Shown in pieces: positions 1 to 8,874 of a DNA stretch of 64,000 bases; the first letter of the stretch is position 1, and each line of letters opens with the position of its first letter. Both the position numbers and the translations under genes were made by a program. The DNA comes from Prevotella sp. (GTDB taxonomy: Bacteria > Bacteroidota > Bacteroidia > Bacteroidales > Dysgonomonadaceae): the NCBI GenBank assembly GCA_031285625.1, contig JAITVV010000095.1, positions 32,001 through 96,000 on the forward strand, in the 5' to 3' direction. Below the pieces are notes generated by a model that saw nothing but the letters and a program-made list of their open reading frames with translations, was not told the origin of the DNA and did not search any database.

Positions 1-283
1 CGGAAAAATTCCGACCCAACCGCAAGGCTTCGTTGTAGCGGGAATAGATCAGCAAGTTTACCTTTTCAATCTGCTTGTTCACTTCAATCGCAAACAGGCT
101 TTTACCTTTCAGCCGTCCGGCTTTGGCATCCCACAGTTTGACATCGGCATCAATCTTCAGGCTGAACTGAGCCATCGTTTTGCCGACATGGATTCGCCCC
201 ATGACGGGACATAGACCGTTTTTCCTGCTCTGATTCTTTTTGAGGTAGAATAACACCTTCAACTCATTTGTCATAACGCTCAT
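1..283 (-). CDS. Tyrosine site-specific integrase, N-terminal arm-DNA-binding part (runs off window start)
   Basis: Manual translation of minus strand: MSVMTNELKVLFYLKKNQSRKNGLCPVMGRIHVGKTMAQFSLKIDADVKLWDAKAGRLKGKS..., typical of Bacteroidetes integrase N-termini; alternative start at 274; not in ORF track. Confidence 0.85.
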   Translation of the reverse strand, partial: MSVMTNELKVLFYLKKNQSRKNGLCPVMGRIHVGKTMAQFSLKIDADVKLWDAKAGRLKGKSLFAIEVNKQIEKVNLLIYSRYNEALRLGRNFS

Positions 284-620
284 TTTTTAGTTTTAAAATT
301 ACTTCCAAATGAGTTAATTGAGCTATGAAAAATGAGCGGTCGGCTATCAATGTGCCACGGATAGAAGTTATTTTAGCACGAATCGCTTCGGATTGCACAA
401 CCGGCTAAAATACAATCTCATAGATAGCATTCAGCTGTGTTTTGCCTCACGAAAAACAGGTAACGGGTAAGTAACGGAAGTCCAACGAGAACAACCTGAT
501 TTTGCGTTTTTCGACCTGAGACAACATCGGACAACCTGTACATATCGGGCTAAATATCAACGGGTTCATCCTTTTTCGCTTGAAATCACTTTTTTGCAGA
601 TTCTTTGATACAAAGTTAGA
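1..620. mobile_element. End of an integrative (mobilizable/conjugative transposon-like) element
   Basis: Integrase oriented into the element, visibly higher GC than sequence after ~600, direct repeats GTAACGG at 460-466 and 471-477; boundary approximate. Confidence 0.65.
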
Positions 621-682
621 AAAAGATATTTTTATCCACTACTTTTGATGTTCTATTTCATTATTCTACTTAACCTTCCAAT

Positions 683-2095
683 ATGATAAGTGATTTCTTT
701 CTGGATAAAATAAAGCAAAATTTTCCTTTTGAGCCTACAAGCCAGCAGCAAATAGCTTTGGAAAAGATTGTTCATTTTCTGTTTTTACAGAAAGAAGAGA
801 CTTTATTTTTATTGCGGGGATATGCCGGTACGGGTAAGTCTTCACTGCTTGGAGCATTGGTAAAGACAATGACTGAGTTTAAACAAAAGACAGTTTTACT
901 GGCACCTACAGGTCGAGCTGCAAAAGTGTTCTCATCTTATGCCAATCATCCGGCCTTTACCATCCACAAGAAAATATACAGGCAACAAAAGTTCGCAGGT
1001 GACTTTGGTAGTTTCGGATTGATGGACAATCTGCATAAAGATACTTTGTTCATTGTCGATGAAGCTTCTATGATCAGCAATAATGGCCTCGACTCTTCAT
1101 TCTTTGGTACCGGAAGATTACTTGACGATCTGATCCATTATATTTATTCAGGCGAAAATTGCCGACTCTTATTAATTGGAGACTCTGCTCAGTTGCCTCC
1201 TGTAATGGAAGAAGATAGTCCTGCCTTGCAGACAGCAATCCTTGAAGGATATGGATTGGAGATACATGAGGCTATGTTGTCCCAGATAGTGCGTCAGGCT
1301 GAGAGTTCGGGTATATTATTCAATGCCACTAATATACGTAATGCCCTCAATGAGGGAGAGACAGAGGCTTACCCCAAACTCAAATTAAACGACTTTTCCG
1401 ATATCGTTCGTATTAGTGGCGAAGATCTGATAGATGAAATATCCTCAGCATACAATCGTGAAGGAATAGAAAATACAATGATTATCTCACGATCTAATAA
1501 ACGATCCAACATATACAATCAAGGTGTGCGCAACCGCATCTTATACAGGGAAGAGGAATTGTCTACCGGAGATATGTTGATGATCACCAAAAACAACTAC
1601 TACTGGACAGAAAATATAGAAGGAATAGATTTCCTTGCCAACGGAGAGATTGTAGAAGTGCTTCGTATCCGTGGCGAGCAGCAGCTTTACGGCTTTCGTT
1701 TCAGGGACGTTTTGGTACGTAGCGTAGACTATGATATCGAACTGGAGATAAAAATACTAATGGACACATTGTATTCGGATGCCGCAGGACTTACGCGTGA
1801 ACGTTCCGAGGAACTGTTTTTGAATGTATTGGAGGATTATGCTGATATCCCAAACAAACCTGCTAAGATGAAAAAATTAAAGGTTGATCCATACTTTAAT
1901 GCTGTTCAGGTAAAGTTTGCATACGCTGTTACCTGCCACAAAGCTCAGGGAGGCGAATGGGATATAGTCTTTCTCGATCTGGGTTATATTTCGGAAGAAC
2001 ATTTAGGTATAGGCTTCTATCGCTGGCTGTATACGGCAATTACCCGTGCAGGAAAGAAATTATATTTGGTAAACCTTCCGGATGAGTTTGTCTGA
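683..2095 (+). CDS. RecD-like ATP-dependent SF1 helicase (exodeoxyribonuclease V alpha-like)
   Basis: Walker A GYAGTGKS, DEASM, GDSAQLPPV, YAVTCHKAQGGEW, YTAITRA motifs. Confidence 0.9.
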   Translation: MISDFFLDKIKQNFPFEPTSQQQIALEKIVHFLFLQKEETLFLLRGYAGTGKSSLLGALVKTMTEFKQKTVLLAPTGRAAKVFSSYANHPAFTIHKKIYRQQKFAGDFGSFGLMDNLHKDTLFIVDEASMISNNGLDSSFFGTGRLLDDLIHYIYSGENCRLLLIGDSAQLPPVMEEDSPALQTAILEGYGLEIHEAMLSQIVRQAESSGILFNATNIRNALNEGETEAYPKLKLNDFSDIVRISGEDLIDEISSAYNREGIENTMIISRSNKRSNIYNQGVRNRILYREEELSTGDMLMITKNNYYWTENIEGIDFLANGEIVEVLRIRGEQQLYGFRFRDVLVRSVDYDIELEIKILMDTLYSDAAGLTRERSEELFLNVLEDYADIPNKPAKMKKLKVDPYFNAVQVKFAYAVTCHKAQGGEWDIVFLDLGYISEEHLGIGFYRWLYTAITRAGKKLYLVNLPDEFV

Positions 2096-3046
2096 TTAAT
2101 TCCCGGAATTAGCCTTAATATAATCCTCTATCTGAAAATCCTTCTTCATTATCGGTTTACCGATCTGTTTAACCACTGTGTTTATCATCAGTTGTTTCTT
2201 ATCTAAAACCAATCTGTCTATAAAGATATTTATTTCATCCAGATTGTCAACCATTGGATCATTGGCTATTTCGTGAGCGGCATCTTCTATTTTGTGAAAG
2301 AAGTATGGATAATTCAGGCTGTCAAATTGTTCTGCAATATGTTTCGATCCATAGAATCCAATATTATACATCTCAATCTTATCATAAGGGACATTGCTAT
2401 CAGCGTCGCCATGAAACATTTGTATAGGTGCAGGCGCATCTTTCCATTTCAGATCGCCATCCATACTGAATATAGCTCCGGCAAACGAGATCACTCCTGC
2501 ATAGTTAAAATCCCCGGGTAGCACCTGGGCAAGTTTTGTCTTGTTACTGATGTTATACGCTCCCTGCAATACAGAGATTGCCCCGGCACTCGATCCATTT
2601 GCTATTATTACATTTTTGTCAATACCCCATTCATCAGCATGTTCTATAACAAATAATGTAGCATCGAACAGATCTTCCACCGCCATTGATATACTATTAT
2701 TCAATGTTACTACAGAACGCATCAGGTCCGTTTGTAGGCCTGCATTCTTCATCCCAAGACGATAATCAATAGATACTACTATGTACCCTTTGTTGACTAG
2801 TTTATTAAAATACTCTACATAGTAATTATCATCCCTTTTCCCATTTGCAAATCCACCACCAAACATAAAAATAATACAAGGTTTAGCTTCATTTACAGTC
2901 TCATTCTTTAAACTATACTTATCAAGCTGCAATGTATTGCCATCCTTCACCGAATAAGTAAATATCTGCTTGTCTATTCCACCATTGGCAGATATACCAA
3001 TACATACAAAAAGAGAAAGAAATAAAATTATCATCTTTGTTCTCAT
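2096..3046 (-). CDS. Secreted alpha/beta-hydrolase (esterase/lipase)
   Basis: Signal peptide, FGGGF oxyanion motif, GSSAG nucleophile elbow, HGDAD. Confidence 0.85.
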   Translation of the reverse strand: MRTKMIILFLSLFVCIGISANGGIDKQIFTYSVKDGNTLQLDKYSLKNETVNEAKPCIIFMFGGGFANGKRDDNYYVEYFNKLVNKGYIVVSIDYRLGMKNAGLQTDLMRSVVTLNNSISMAVEDLFDATLFVIEHADEWGIDKNVIIANGSSAGAISVLQGAYNISNKTKLAQVLPGDFNYAGVISFAGAIFSMDGDLKWKDAPAPIQMFHGDADSNVPYDKIEMYNIGFYGSKHIAEQFDSLNYPYFFHKIEDAAHEIANDPMVDNLDEINIFIDRLVLDKKQLMINTVVKQIGKPIMKKDFQIEDYIKANSGN

Positions 3047-3066
3047 GGCAAATTATATTAAGTGAA

Positions 3067-4071
3067 TTAATGGGTTATTTTGTATAGTAGCTCTTTCAAC
3101 AGTTCTCCATCACGGGTTGAGGTATTGTCCACACCTTTCGATTTTGCATCATAAGTTCGTAACAAACTGATGATTTCCATACATTTAAAAGCATTGTAAT
3201 TCTTTAGCGCAACAACATAGTCTTTAGCCTGGTACGGGTTTCTGAATCCCAATTCAGTTGCTATACCCTGTTCTGTCTTGTTTTTCGCCCAATAACAGAT
3301 CATCAGGTTACTGAAAAAGTTGAAGAGTATCGACATCGTCATTATCATCGGGTTATTCTTCGGGTTTTTCTCGAAGTAATCTGCGATCTGGTTTACCTTA
3401 AAGATATTCTTATTAATAATAGCATTCAGTAGTTCAAAATTGTTGAAATCTTTACTGATACCTATATTTTCTTCTATCAGCTCTGCTGTTATTTGTCTCT
3501 GGTTTGGCGGAATTGCTATCAGTAGTTTAGCTACTTCATTCGTTATTTTGCTCAGGTCGTTACCCAGATAATCAGATAGCATTTGTGCAGATTTCTGGTC
3601 TATACTCAGGTTCTTTGATTGAATATACGATGAGATAAAAGCGGGGATTTTATAATCTGGAATCTTCTTTGATTCCATAATTACTCCTTGCTTATCTATT
3701 TCGGCATATAACTTTTTCCGTTTATCAAGCGATCCGTTTTTATAATTGAGAACCAGTATCGTTGTATTGAGCGGATTCTTAACATATATTTCCAGCTCCT
3801 CTATCTTACTCAGGTTCTGAGCTTCCTTTATTACAATAAGCTGATAGTCTGACATCATCGGATAACTGCGTGCCAATGTGATCACGGTTCTCACATCTGT
3901 CTCCATTCCATAGAGGATATTCTGATTAAAATCCCTCTCTTCTTCCGGTAGTACGTAACTTGTCAGCATTTCTGTCAACTCGTCTATATAATAAGGCTCA
4001 TCGCCCATAAGTAGATATACAGGCTTATATTTTCGCGCTTTTATGTCGGCTTTTATTTGTTCAAAAGTCAT
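3067..4071 (-). CDS. holA: DNA polymerase III subunit delta
   Basis: PVYLLMGDEPYYID N-terminus, ERDFN, PMMS..LIVIKEAQ. Confidence 0.92.
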   Translation of the reverse strand: MTFEQIKADIKARKYKPVYLLMGDEPYYIDELTEMLTSYVLPEEERDFNQNILYGMETDVRTVITLARSYPMMSDYQLIVIKEAQNLSKIEELEIYVKNPLNTTILVLNYKNGSLDKRKKLYAEIDKQGVIMESKKIPDYKIPAFISSYIQSKNLSIDQKSAQMLSDYLGNDLSKITNEVAKLLIAIPPNQRQITAELIEENIGISKDFNNFELLNAIINKNIFKVNQIADYFEKNPKNNPMIMTMSILFNFFSNLMICYWAKNKTEQGIATELGFRNPYQAKDYVVALKNYNAFKCMEIISLLRTYDAKSKGVDNTSTRDGELLKELLYKITH

Positions 4072-4073
4072 AG

Positions 4074-4847
4074 TTATTCAAAACGCAGATGTTTAACTGT
4101 TTCTCCGTTATTAATTAATGTTCTTAAAGCTTCTATACCTACCATTACATGTTCTTCAACAAAGTTTTTTGTGACTATGCTGTCGCTCTTTTCGGTCTTC
4201 ACTCCATCGGATATCATAGGTTGATCCGAAACGAGCAGCAAAGCTCCTGTAGGGATCTGATTGGCAAATCCGCATGTAAACAGAGTTGCGGTTTCCATAT
4301 CTACAGCCATTGTACGTATTCTTCTCAGATAGTCTTTAAAGACCTCGTCATATTCCCATACTCGACGATTCGTGGTATATACAGTTCCAGTCCAATAGTC
4401 ACGATTATGGTTACGTATGGTCGATGATACTGATCTCAGCAGACTAAATGCCGGTAGCGATGGCACCTCGGGCGGAAAGTAGTCATTAGATGTACCCTCT
4501 CCCCTGATAGCAGCAATAGGCAGAATGTAATCTCCCAGATTATTATGTTTCTTTATACCTCCGCATTTACCTAAAAAGAGTACGGCTTCGGGCTCAATAG
4601 CACTTAGTAAGTCCATTATGGTGGCAGCATTGGCACTACCCATACCAAAGTTTATAATAGTGATACCTTCAGCCGAAGCATTCGGCATATTACCATCCCG
4701 TCCTACTATGGGTACATTAAAATGGTTGGCAAATACTTCTACATATTTGGCAAAGTTGGTTAATAGTATATGTTTAGTAAATTGCTCCAGCGGTCTTTTC
4801 GTGTAACGTGGAAGCCAATTATCTACAATTTCTTGCTTTGTTTTCAT
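4074..4847 (-). CDS. amn: AMP nucleosidase
   Basis: MKTKQEIVDNWLPRYT, FGMGSANAATIMDLL, VDMETAT PNP/UDP-family motifs. Confidence 0.9.
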   Translation of the reverse strand: MKTKQEIVDNWLPRYTKRPLEQFTKHILLTNFAKYVEVFANHFNVPIVGRDGNMPNASAEGITIINFGMGSANAATIMDLLSAIEPEAVLFLGKCGGIKKHNNLGDYILPIAAIRGEGTSNDYFPPEVPSLPAFSLLRSVSSTIRNHNRDYWTGTVYTTNRRVWEYDEVFKDYLRRIRTMAVDMETATLFTCGFANQIPTGALLLVSDQPMISDGVKTEKSDSIVTKNFVEEHVMVGIEALRTLINNGETVKHLRFE

Positions 4848-4923
4848 ATTAGTTCTACTTTTGTTTTGTATAAAACAAGTATTTTCTCTTTATTGTTTGA
4901 TACAGATTTAACAAAGGTAACAA

Positions 4924-5373
4924 ATGTTGAACTTAAATTTACCCCCTTTCAATATAAATGTAAAAAAAACAGATGGGAAGTTATCCGTTTGGGATCCGTT
5001 GCGGCGTAAGTTTGTTGCCCTCACGCCTGAGGAGTGGGTAAGACAGCATTTCGTGAATTTTCTGTTAACGGAAAAAGGATATCCTTCTGCACTTGTAGCC
5101 AACGAAATCCAGATCAACCTGAATAATCAGAAGAGGCGTTGCGACTCTGTTATTTATGACCGCAATCTGACTCCGTTGATGATAATAGAATACAAGGCTC
5201 CTGATGTAAATATTACCCAGTCGGTATTTGATCAGATCGTGAGATATAACATTGTACTGAAGGTAAAATACCTGATAGTATCAAACGGAATGAACCATTT
5301 CTGCTGTGAAATGAATTATGTAGATCAGACCTTTTGTTATTTACCGGATATACCTTTATATACGGATTTATAA
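4924..5373 (+). CDS. Stand-alone HsdR N-terminal domain protein
   Basis: LTPEEWVRQH and RCD...IIEYKAP PD-(D/E)xK-like motif. Confidence 0.85.
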   Translation: MLNLNLPPFNINVKKTDGKLSVWDPLRRKFVALTPEEWVRQHFVNFLLTEKGYPSALVANEIQINLNNQKRRCDSVIYDRNLTPLMIIEYKAPDVNITQSVFDQIVRYNIVLKVKYLIVSNGMNHFCCEMNYVDQTFCYLPDIPLYTDL

Positions 5374-5421
5374 AAAGTAACAAAAGTGACAGGTTTATAT
5401 ATATTTTTCATGTTACTTTTT
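5372..5421 (+). repeat. GTAAC-family intergenic repeat, copy A
   Basis: AAAAAGTAACAAAAGTGACA-N19-TGTTACTTTTT. Confidence 0.75.
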
Positions 5422-5523
5422 TTCTATATCAAAGCTCTCTTTATATAAGATAATTATTAAAGATAGAGGTAACTATTTTTATTAGTGCGACACATCAAAA
5501 GGTCTAGTTTTTCTAATTCTTCC

Positions 5524-5597
5524 TGTCATCCTGAACAAAGTGAAGGATCTCTTAACACCTTTCCATTAAATGGGTCGAGATGTTCCTCAGCATGACA
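5524..5597. repeat. TGTC/CGTC-type palindromic repeat (REP/MITE-like), copy 1
   Basis: TGTCATCCTGA..GAAGGATCTC...TCAGCATGACA; 10/11 terminal inverted repeat; second copy at 62798. Confidence 0.75.
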
Positions 5598-5615
5598 AAA
5601 GGTTGTTTAAGAATT

Positions 5616-6821
5616 TTAATTTTCAAATATTCTGCTGCGTGCCAGCATACAGGCCCCAACAACCCCAGCTTTGTCTTTCAATTTAGAAACGACCATTTTC
5701 GAATCTTTATTTACCAGATTCAAAGAATACTTGCGTACTGCCGATTTGATTGGTTCCATGATATAATCGCCTACTACAGAGACTGTACCCCCTATGATAA
5801 CCATCTCAGGGTTGAAGATATTAATAAGCCCGGCAATGCTTTCTCCCAGTTTTTGTCCGATCTCTTCCACCAGGCCAATACAAAGCACATCTTCTTTCGA
5901 TACGGCATCTATAATGTCATCTAAAGTTATTTGCTTATTATCAATCGCCCGTTGCGAAAGCAGGGAAGTTCCCCCTTCATTCACCAGTTCGAGCAAACGC
6001 CTGTGCATGGCCAGTCCTGATGCTTCGGTCTCAAGGCAACCTTTCTTTCCACAATGACACAATATTTCATTATTATAGGTTTTTACATGGCCAAATTCAC
6101 CGGAGAATCCGGATTTTCCGGTATATATCTTCCCGTCTATTATAATACCAATAGCAAGCCCCCAACTGAGGTTTACAAAAATGACATTTTTTTCGTCATT
6201 TACACATCCTGCCATATATTCGCCATAAGTCATAGCCCGCGTATCATTATCTATGGTTACCGGGTATCCCAGTTTCTCTCTTAATACCTCAGGTAGTGGT
6301 TTTTCATTAAAATGAAATACACTGTGACTATATCCGGTTTCAGGGTTTACGCGCCCAAATATATTTATATCTATATTCAGAATTTTACTTTTATCAATAG
6401 TTTGTGAATCGATAAAATCTTTAATGATCTTGCACAGGTTATTTAATGCTTGGGGAGTATTCTGAAAGTGATAATCGACACTCATGCAGAGGTCTATCAT
6501 TTCTCCCTTAAAGTTAATAATGGCAATATTAACACTCGATTGTCTCATGTCAACACCTACAAAATAGCATGCATCCGGATTCAGTCCGTATAAGTTAGGA
6601 TATCGCCCTTCTGTTGTTTCCAGTTTCCCATAGTCAGTGATGAAACCTTCTTCACACATTTCCCCGATAAACTTGGTGACAGTAGGGATACTAAGATCAA
6701 TATCCTTAGATAGTTCAGTAAGGGTAGAGCCACCATTGTGTATATAATGGTTTATGATCTTCTTTTTCACAAGAGCACTTTTTACTCCCTTTCCAACTTC
6801 GTCTAATAGTTTTCTATTCAT
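5616..6821 (-). CDS. ROK family transcriptional regulator
   Basis: N-terminal HTH (LSIPTVTK), DNDTRA, GEFGH, CHCGKKGCLE; start placed at MNRKLL. Confidence 0.92.
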   Translation of the reverse strand: MNRKLLDEVGKGVKSALVKKKIINHYIHNGGSTLTELSKDIDLSIPTVTKFIGEMCEEGFITDYGKLETTEGRYPNLYGLNPDACYFVGVDMRQSSVNIAIINFKGEMIDLCMSVDYHFQNTPQALNNLCKIIKDFIDSQTIDKSKILNIDINIFGRVNPETGYSHSVFHFNEKPLPEVLREKLGYPVTIDNDTRAMTYGEYMAGCVNDEKNVIFVNLSWGLAIGIIIDGKIYTGKSGFSGEFGHVKTYNNEILCHCGKKGCLETEASGLAMHRRLLELVNEGGTSLLSQRAIDNKQITLDDIIDAVSKEDVLCIGLVEEIGQKLGESIAGLINIFNPEMVIIGGTVSVVGDYIMEPIKSAVRKYSLNLVNKDSKMVVSKLKDKAGVVGACMLARSRIFEN

Positions 6822-7166
6822 AATGCAGACTATCTTATACATTACAAAATTACGTCAATATTTTATTATCCCAAGCTAATAATTAGATTATATTTTATAT
6901 TCATCGAAATAAATAAAATATTTTTTATGTATATTGGTCTTATATAATAAATTATTTTCTAAAATTAAAAATTTAAATCCTCAACAAAATATACATATAA
7001 ATAACTATTTATAAGATATATAAACCACAAAATTATCATTTTCATATTTAATTATTTTGTTAAAATAAGATCTATATAATAAAATATTTAATTAAGTCTT
7101 TGGTGTTTAAATAAAACATTACAATATTTGTAATCGTAAAAGGTATTTGCATAATACCCTATACTA

Positions 7167-7426
7167 TGAAAAGCATATTAATGTCCAGTAAAAACAGAAG
7201 ATCGTAGAAGGTTTTTGAAAACGGCAGCTTCAGCTGTAACAATCCCCAGCTTGCAATAGCAATAGCCAGCCTCATCCGGATGAATCAGCCTGTGGCTTAC
7301 TATCAGGGTAGCGATGCATGGCTCAAGATGTCTGTAAGTAAAGATTCTGAAATGCAAAAAATGGTAAAAACATTGGGGGACATCTTAGTAAAAAGAAATG
7401 GAAAGTTTTCTGTAATAGATAAATAG
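7167..7426 (+). pseudogene. Eroded remnant of a Tat-exported protein gene
   Basis: EDRRRFLKTAASAVTIPSLQ* out of frame with upstream ATGs, followed by a 48-aa ORF at 7280-7426. Confidence 0.45.
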
Positions 7427-7583
7427 TTTATGCTGTTTAGCTGTAAATATTAAATTTATAGATTTTCTCACCCCCCCTTTTTTATATTTTTCCTATCTTT
7501 AATGACTTAAATTGTAATACTTTATTTGTGCCTTTTATAACTTGACTAATGCCCAAATAATTCAGAATAATTATCAAAATGTT

Positions 7584-8855
7584 ATGAGTAAAAAGAACCT
7601 AATCGACAGGCGGAATTTTTTGAAAACATCTCTATTTTCAATGGCCGCCCTAACCATTGTCCCCCGCCACGTGTTGGGCAATGGTTACCTAGCTCCAAGT
7701 GATCAGCTTACCAAAGGTATTATTGGTACCGGTAGTATGGGACGCGGACACCTCAATTATGCAGGTACACGCCTTGTAGCTGTTTGCGATGTAGACAAAA
7801 ATCACCTTGAACTCGGAAAACGTCTGGTACATGATAACATTGCTGCTTATCACGATTTCCGGGATCTCATCCTTGACAAAAATGTAGATATTGTGCATAT
7901 TGCCACACCTCCTCATTGGCATGGTATAATGTCTGTGGAAGCAGCTAAAGCCGGCAAAGACATATGGTGTGAAAAGCCGATGACACGTACTATCGGCGAA
8001 GGAAAACGAGTAATGGAAGCAGTGAAACAATACGGCACCAAATTCCGCCTTAACACATGGTTTCGTTTCACTGATAACTTCTATGGTTTGGGCACGCCTG
8101 TAAAACCATTAAAAAAACTGGTGCAGAGCGGAATGCTCGGCTGGCCGTTAAAAGTAACAATAAGCAAACATACAGGTTTCGACTGGAAATTCTTCTGGGT
8201 CGGCAAAGAATACCTGGAACCGCAACGCGTTCCATCTGAGCTGGACTACGATATGTGGTTAGGCCCGGCTCCATACAAACCATACAACATACACCGTGTA
8301 CATCAGACCTTCCGCGGATACTGGGATTACGATGGCGGAGGACTTGGCGATATGGGACAACACTATATAGACCCTGTACAATACTTCTTGGGAAAAGATC
8401 ATACTAGTCCGGTGAAAATAGAAGTGGATGCACCGCAACAACACCCTGATGCTATCGGCACATGGCGTTCCATAACATATACATATGATGATGGTTGCCA
8501 GATCGTACTATGGGGAGGTGATTATGGTGACCCTAATACTCCATATATATCAGGTCCAAACGGAAATGTATATAAAAATTTCGTTTGTGATATCCCGGAT
8601 TGGGAGAAAAAACTAGCCGATTACCCTGAACCTGAGACTCAGGTTACAGATTTTCTGGAAAGTGTGAAAACACGCAAACAATTTGCATTGAACGAACAGA
8701 ACGGATTCCGCTCTGCTACAATTGTCAACCAAGGTATTGTAGCCCTTAGGCTCAACCGGACATTGCATTTCGATCCTGTGAAATTGGAGTTTATTAATGA
8801 TGATGCTGCTAATCGTTTACTCGATCAGCCAATGCGTGCGCCTTGGAATATTTAA
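7584..8855 (+). CDS. Gfo/Idh/MocA family oxidoreductase with Tat signal
   Basis: RRNFLK Tat motif, GIIGTGSMG Rossmann, ATPPHWH, CEKP, DMGQH. Confidence 0.92.
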   Translation: MSKKNLIDRRNFLKTSLFSMAALTIVPRHVLGNGYLAPSDQLTKGIIGTGSMGRGHLNYAGTRLVAVCDVDKNHLELGKRLVHDNIAAYHDFRDLILDKNVDIVHIATPPHWHGIMSVEAAKAGKDIWCEKPMTRTIGEGKRVMEAVKQYGTKFRLNTWFRFTDNFYGLGTPVKPLKKLVQSGMLGWPLKVTISKHTGFDWKFFWVGKEYLEPQRVPSELDYDMWLGPAPYKPYNIHRVHQTFRGYWDYDGGGLGDMGQHYIDPVQYFLGKDHTSPVKIEVDAPQQHPDAIGTWRSITYTYDDGCQIVLWGGDYGDPNTPYISGPNGNVYKNFVCDIPDWEKKLADYPEPETQVTDFLESVKTRKQFALNEQNGFRSATIVNQGIVALRLNRTLHFDPVKLEFINDDAANRLLDQPMRAPWNI

Positions 8856-8874
8856 AAAATTAATGAAAAAAATT

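Noticed and set aside
4909-4925. TTAACAAAGGTAACA as a seventh GTAAC repeat
   Set aside because: Lacks the inverted TGTTAC at +19/20; explained as the TACCTTTG promoter box of amn
4924-5373. HsdR_N gene as a restriction-modification defence system
   Set aside because: No hsdM/hsdS or helicase domain; this stand-alone gene normally sits by holA/amn in Bacteroidetes
7471-7483. C7 run followed by a T run upstream of the oxidoreductase as a phase-variable tract
   Set aside because: Short and not clearly within promoter spacing
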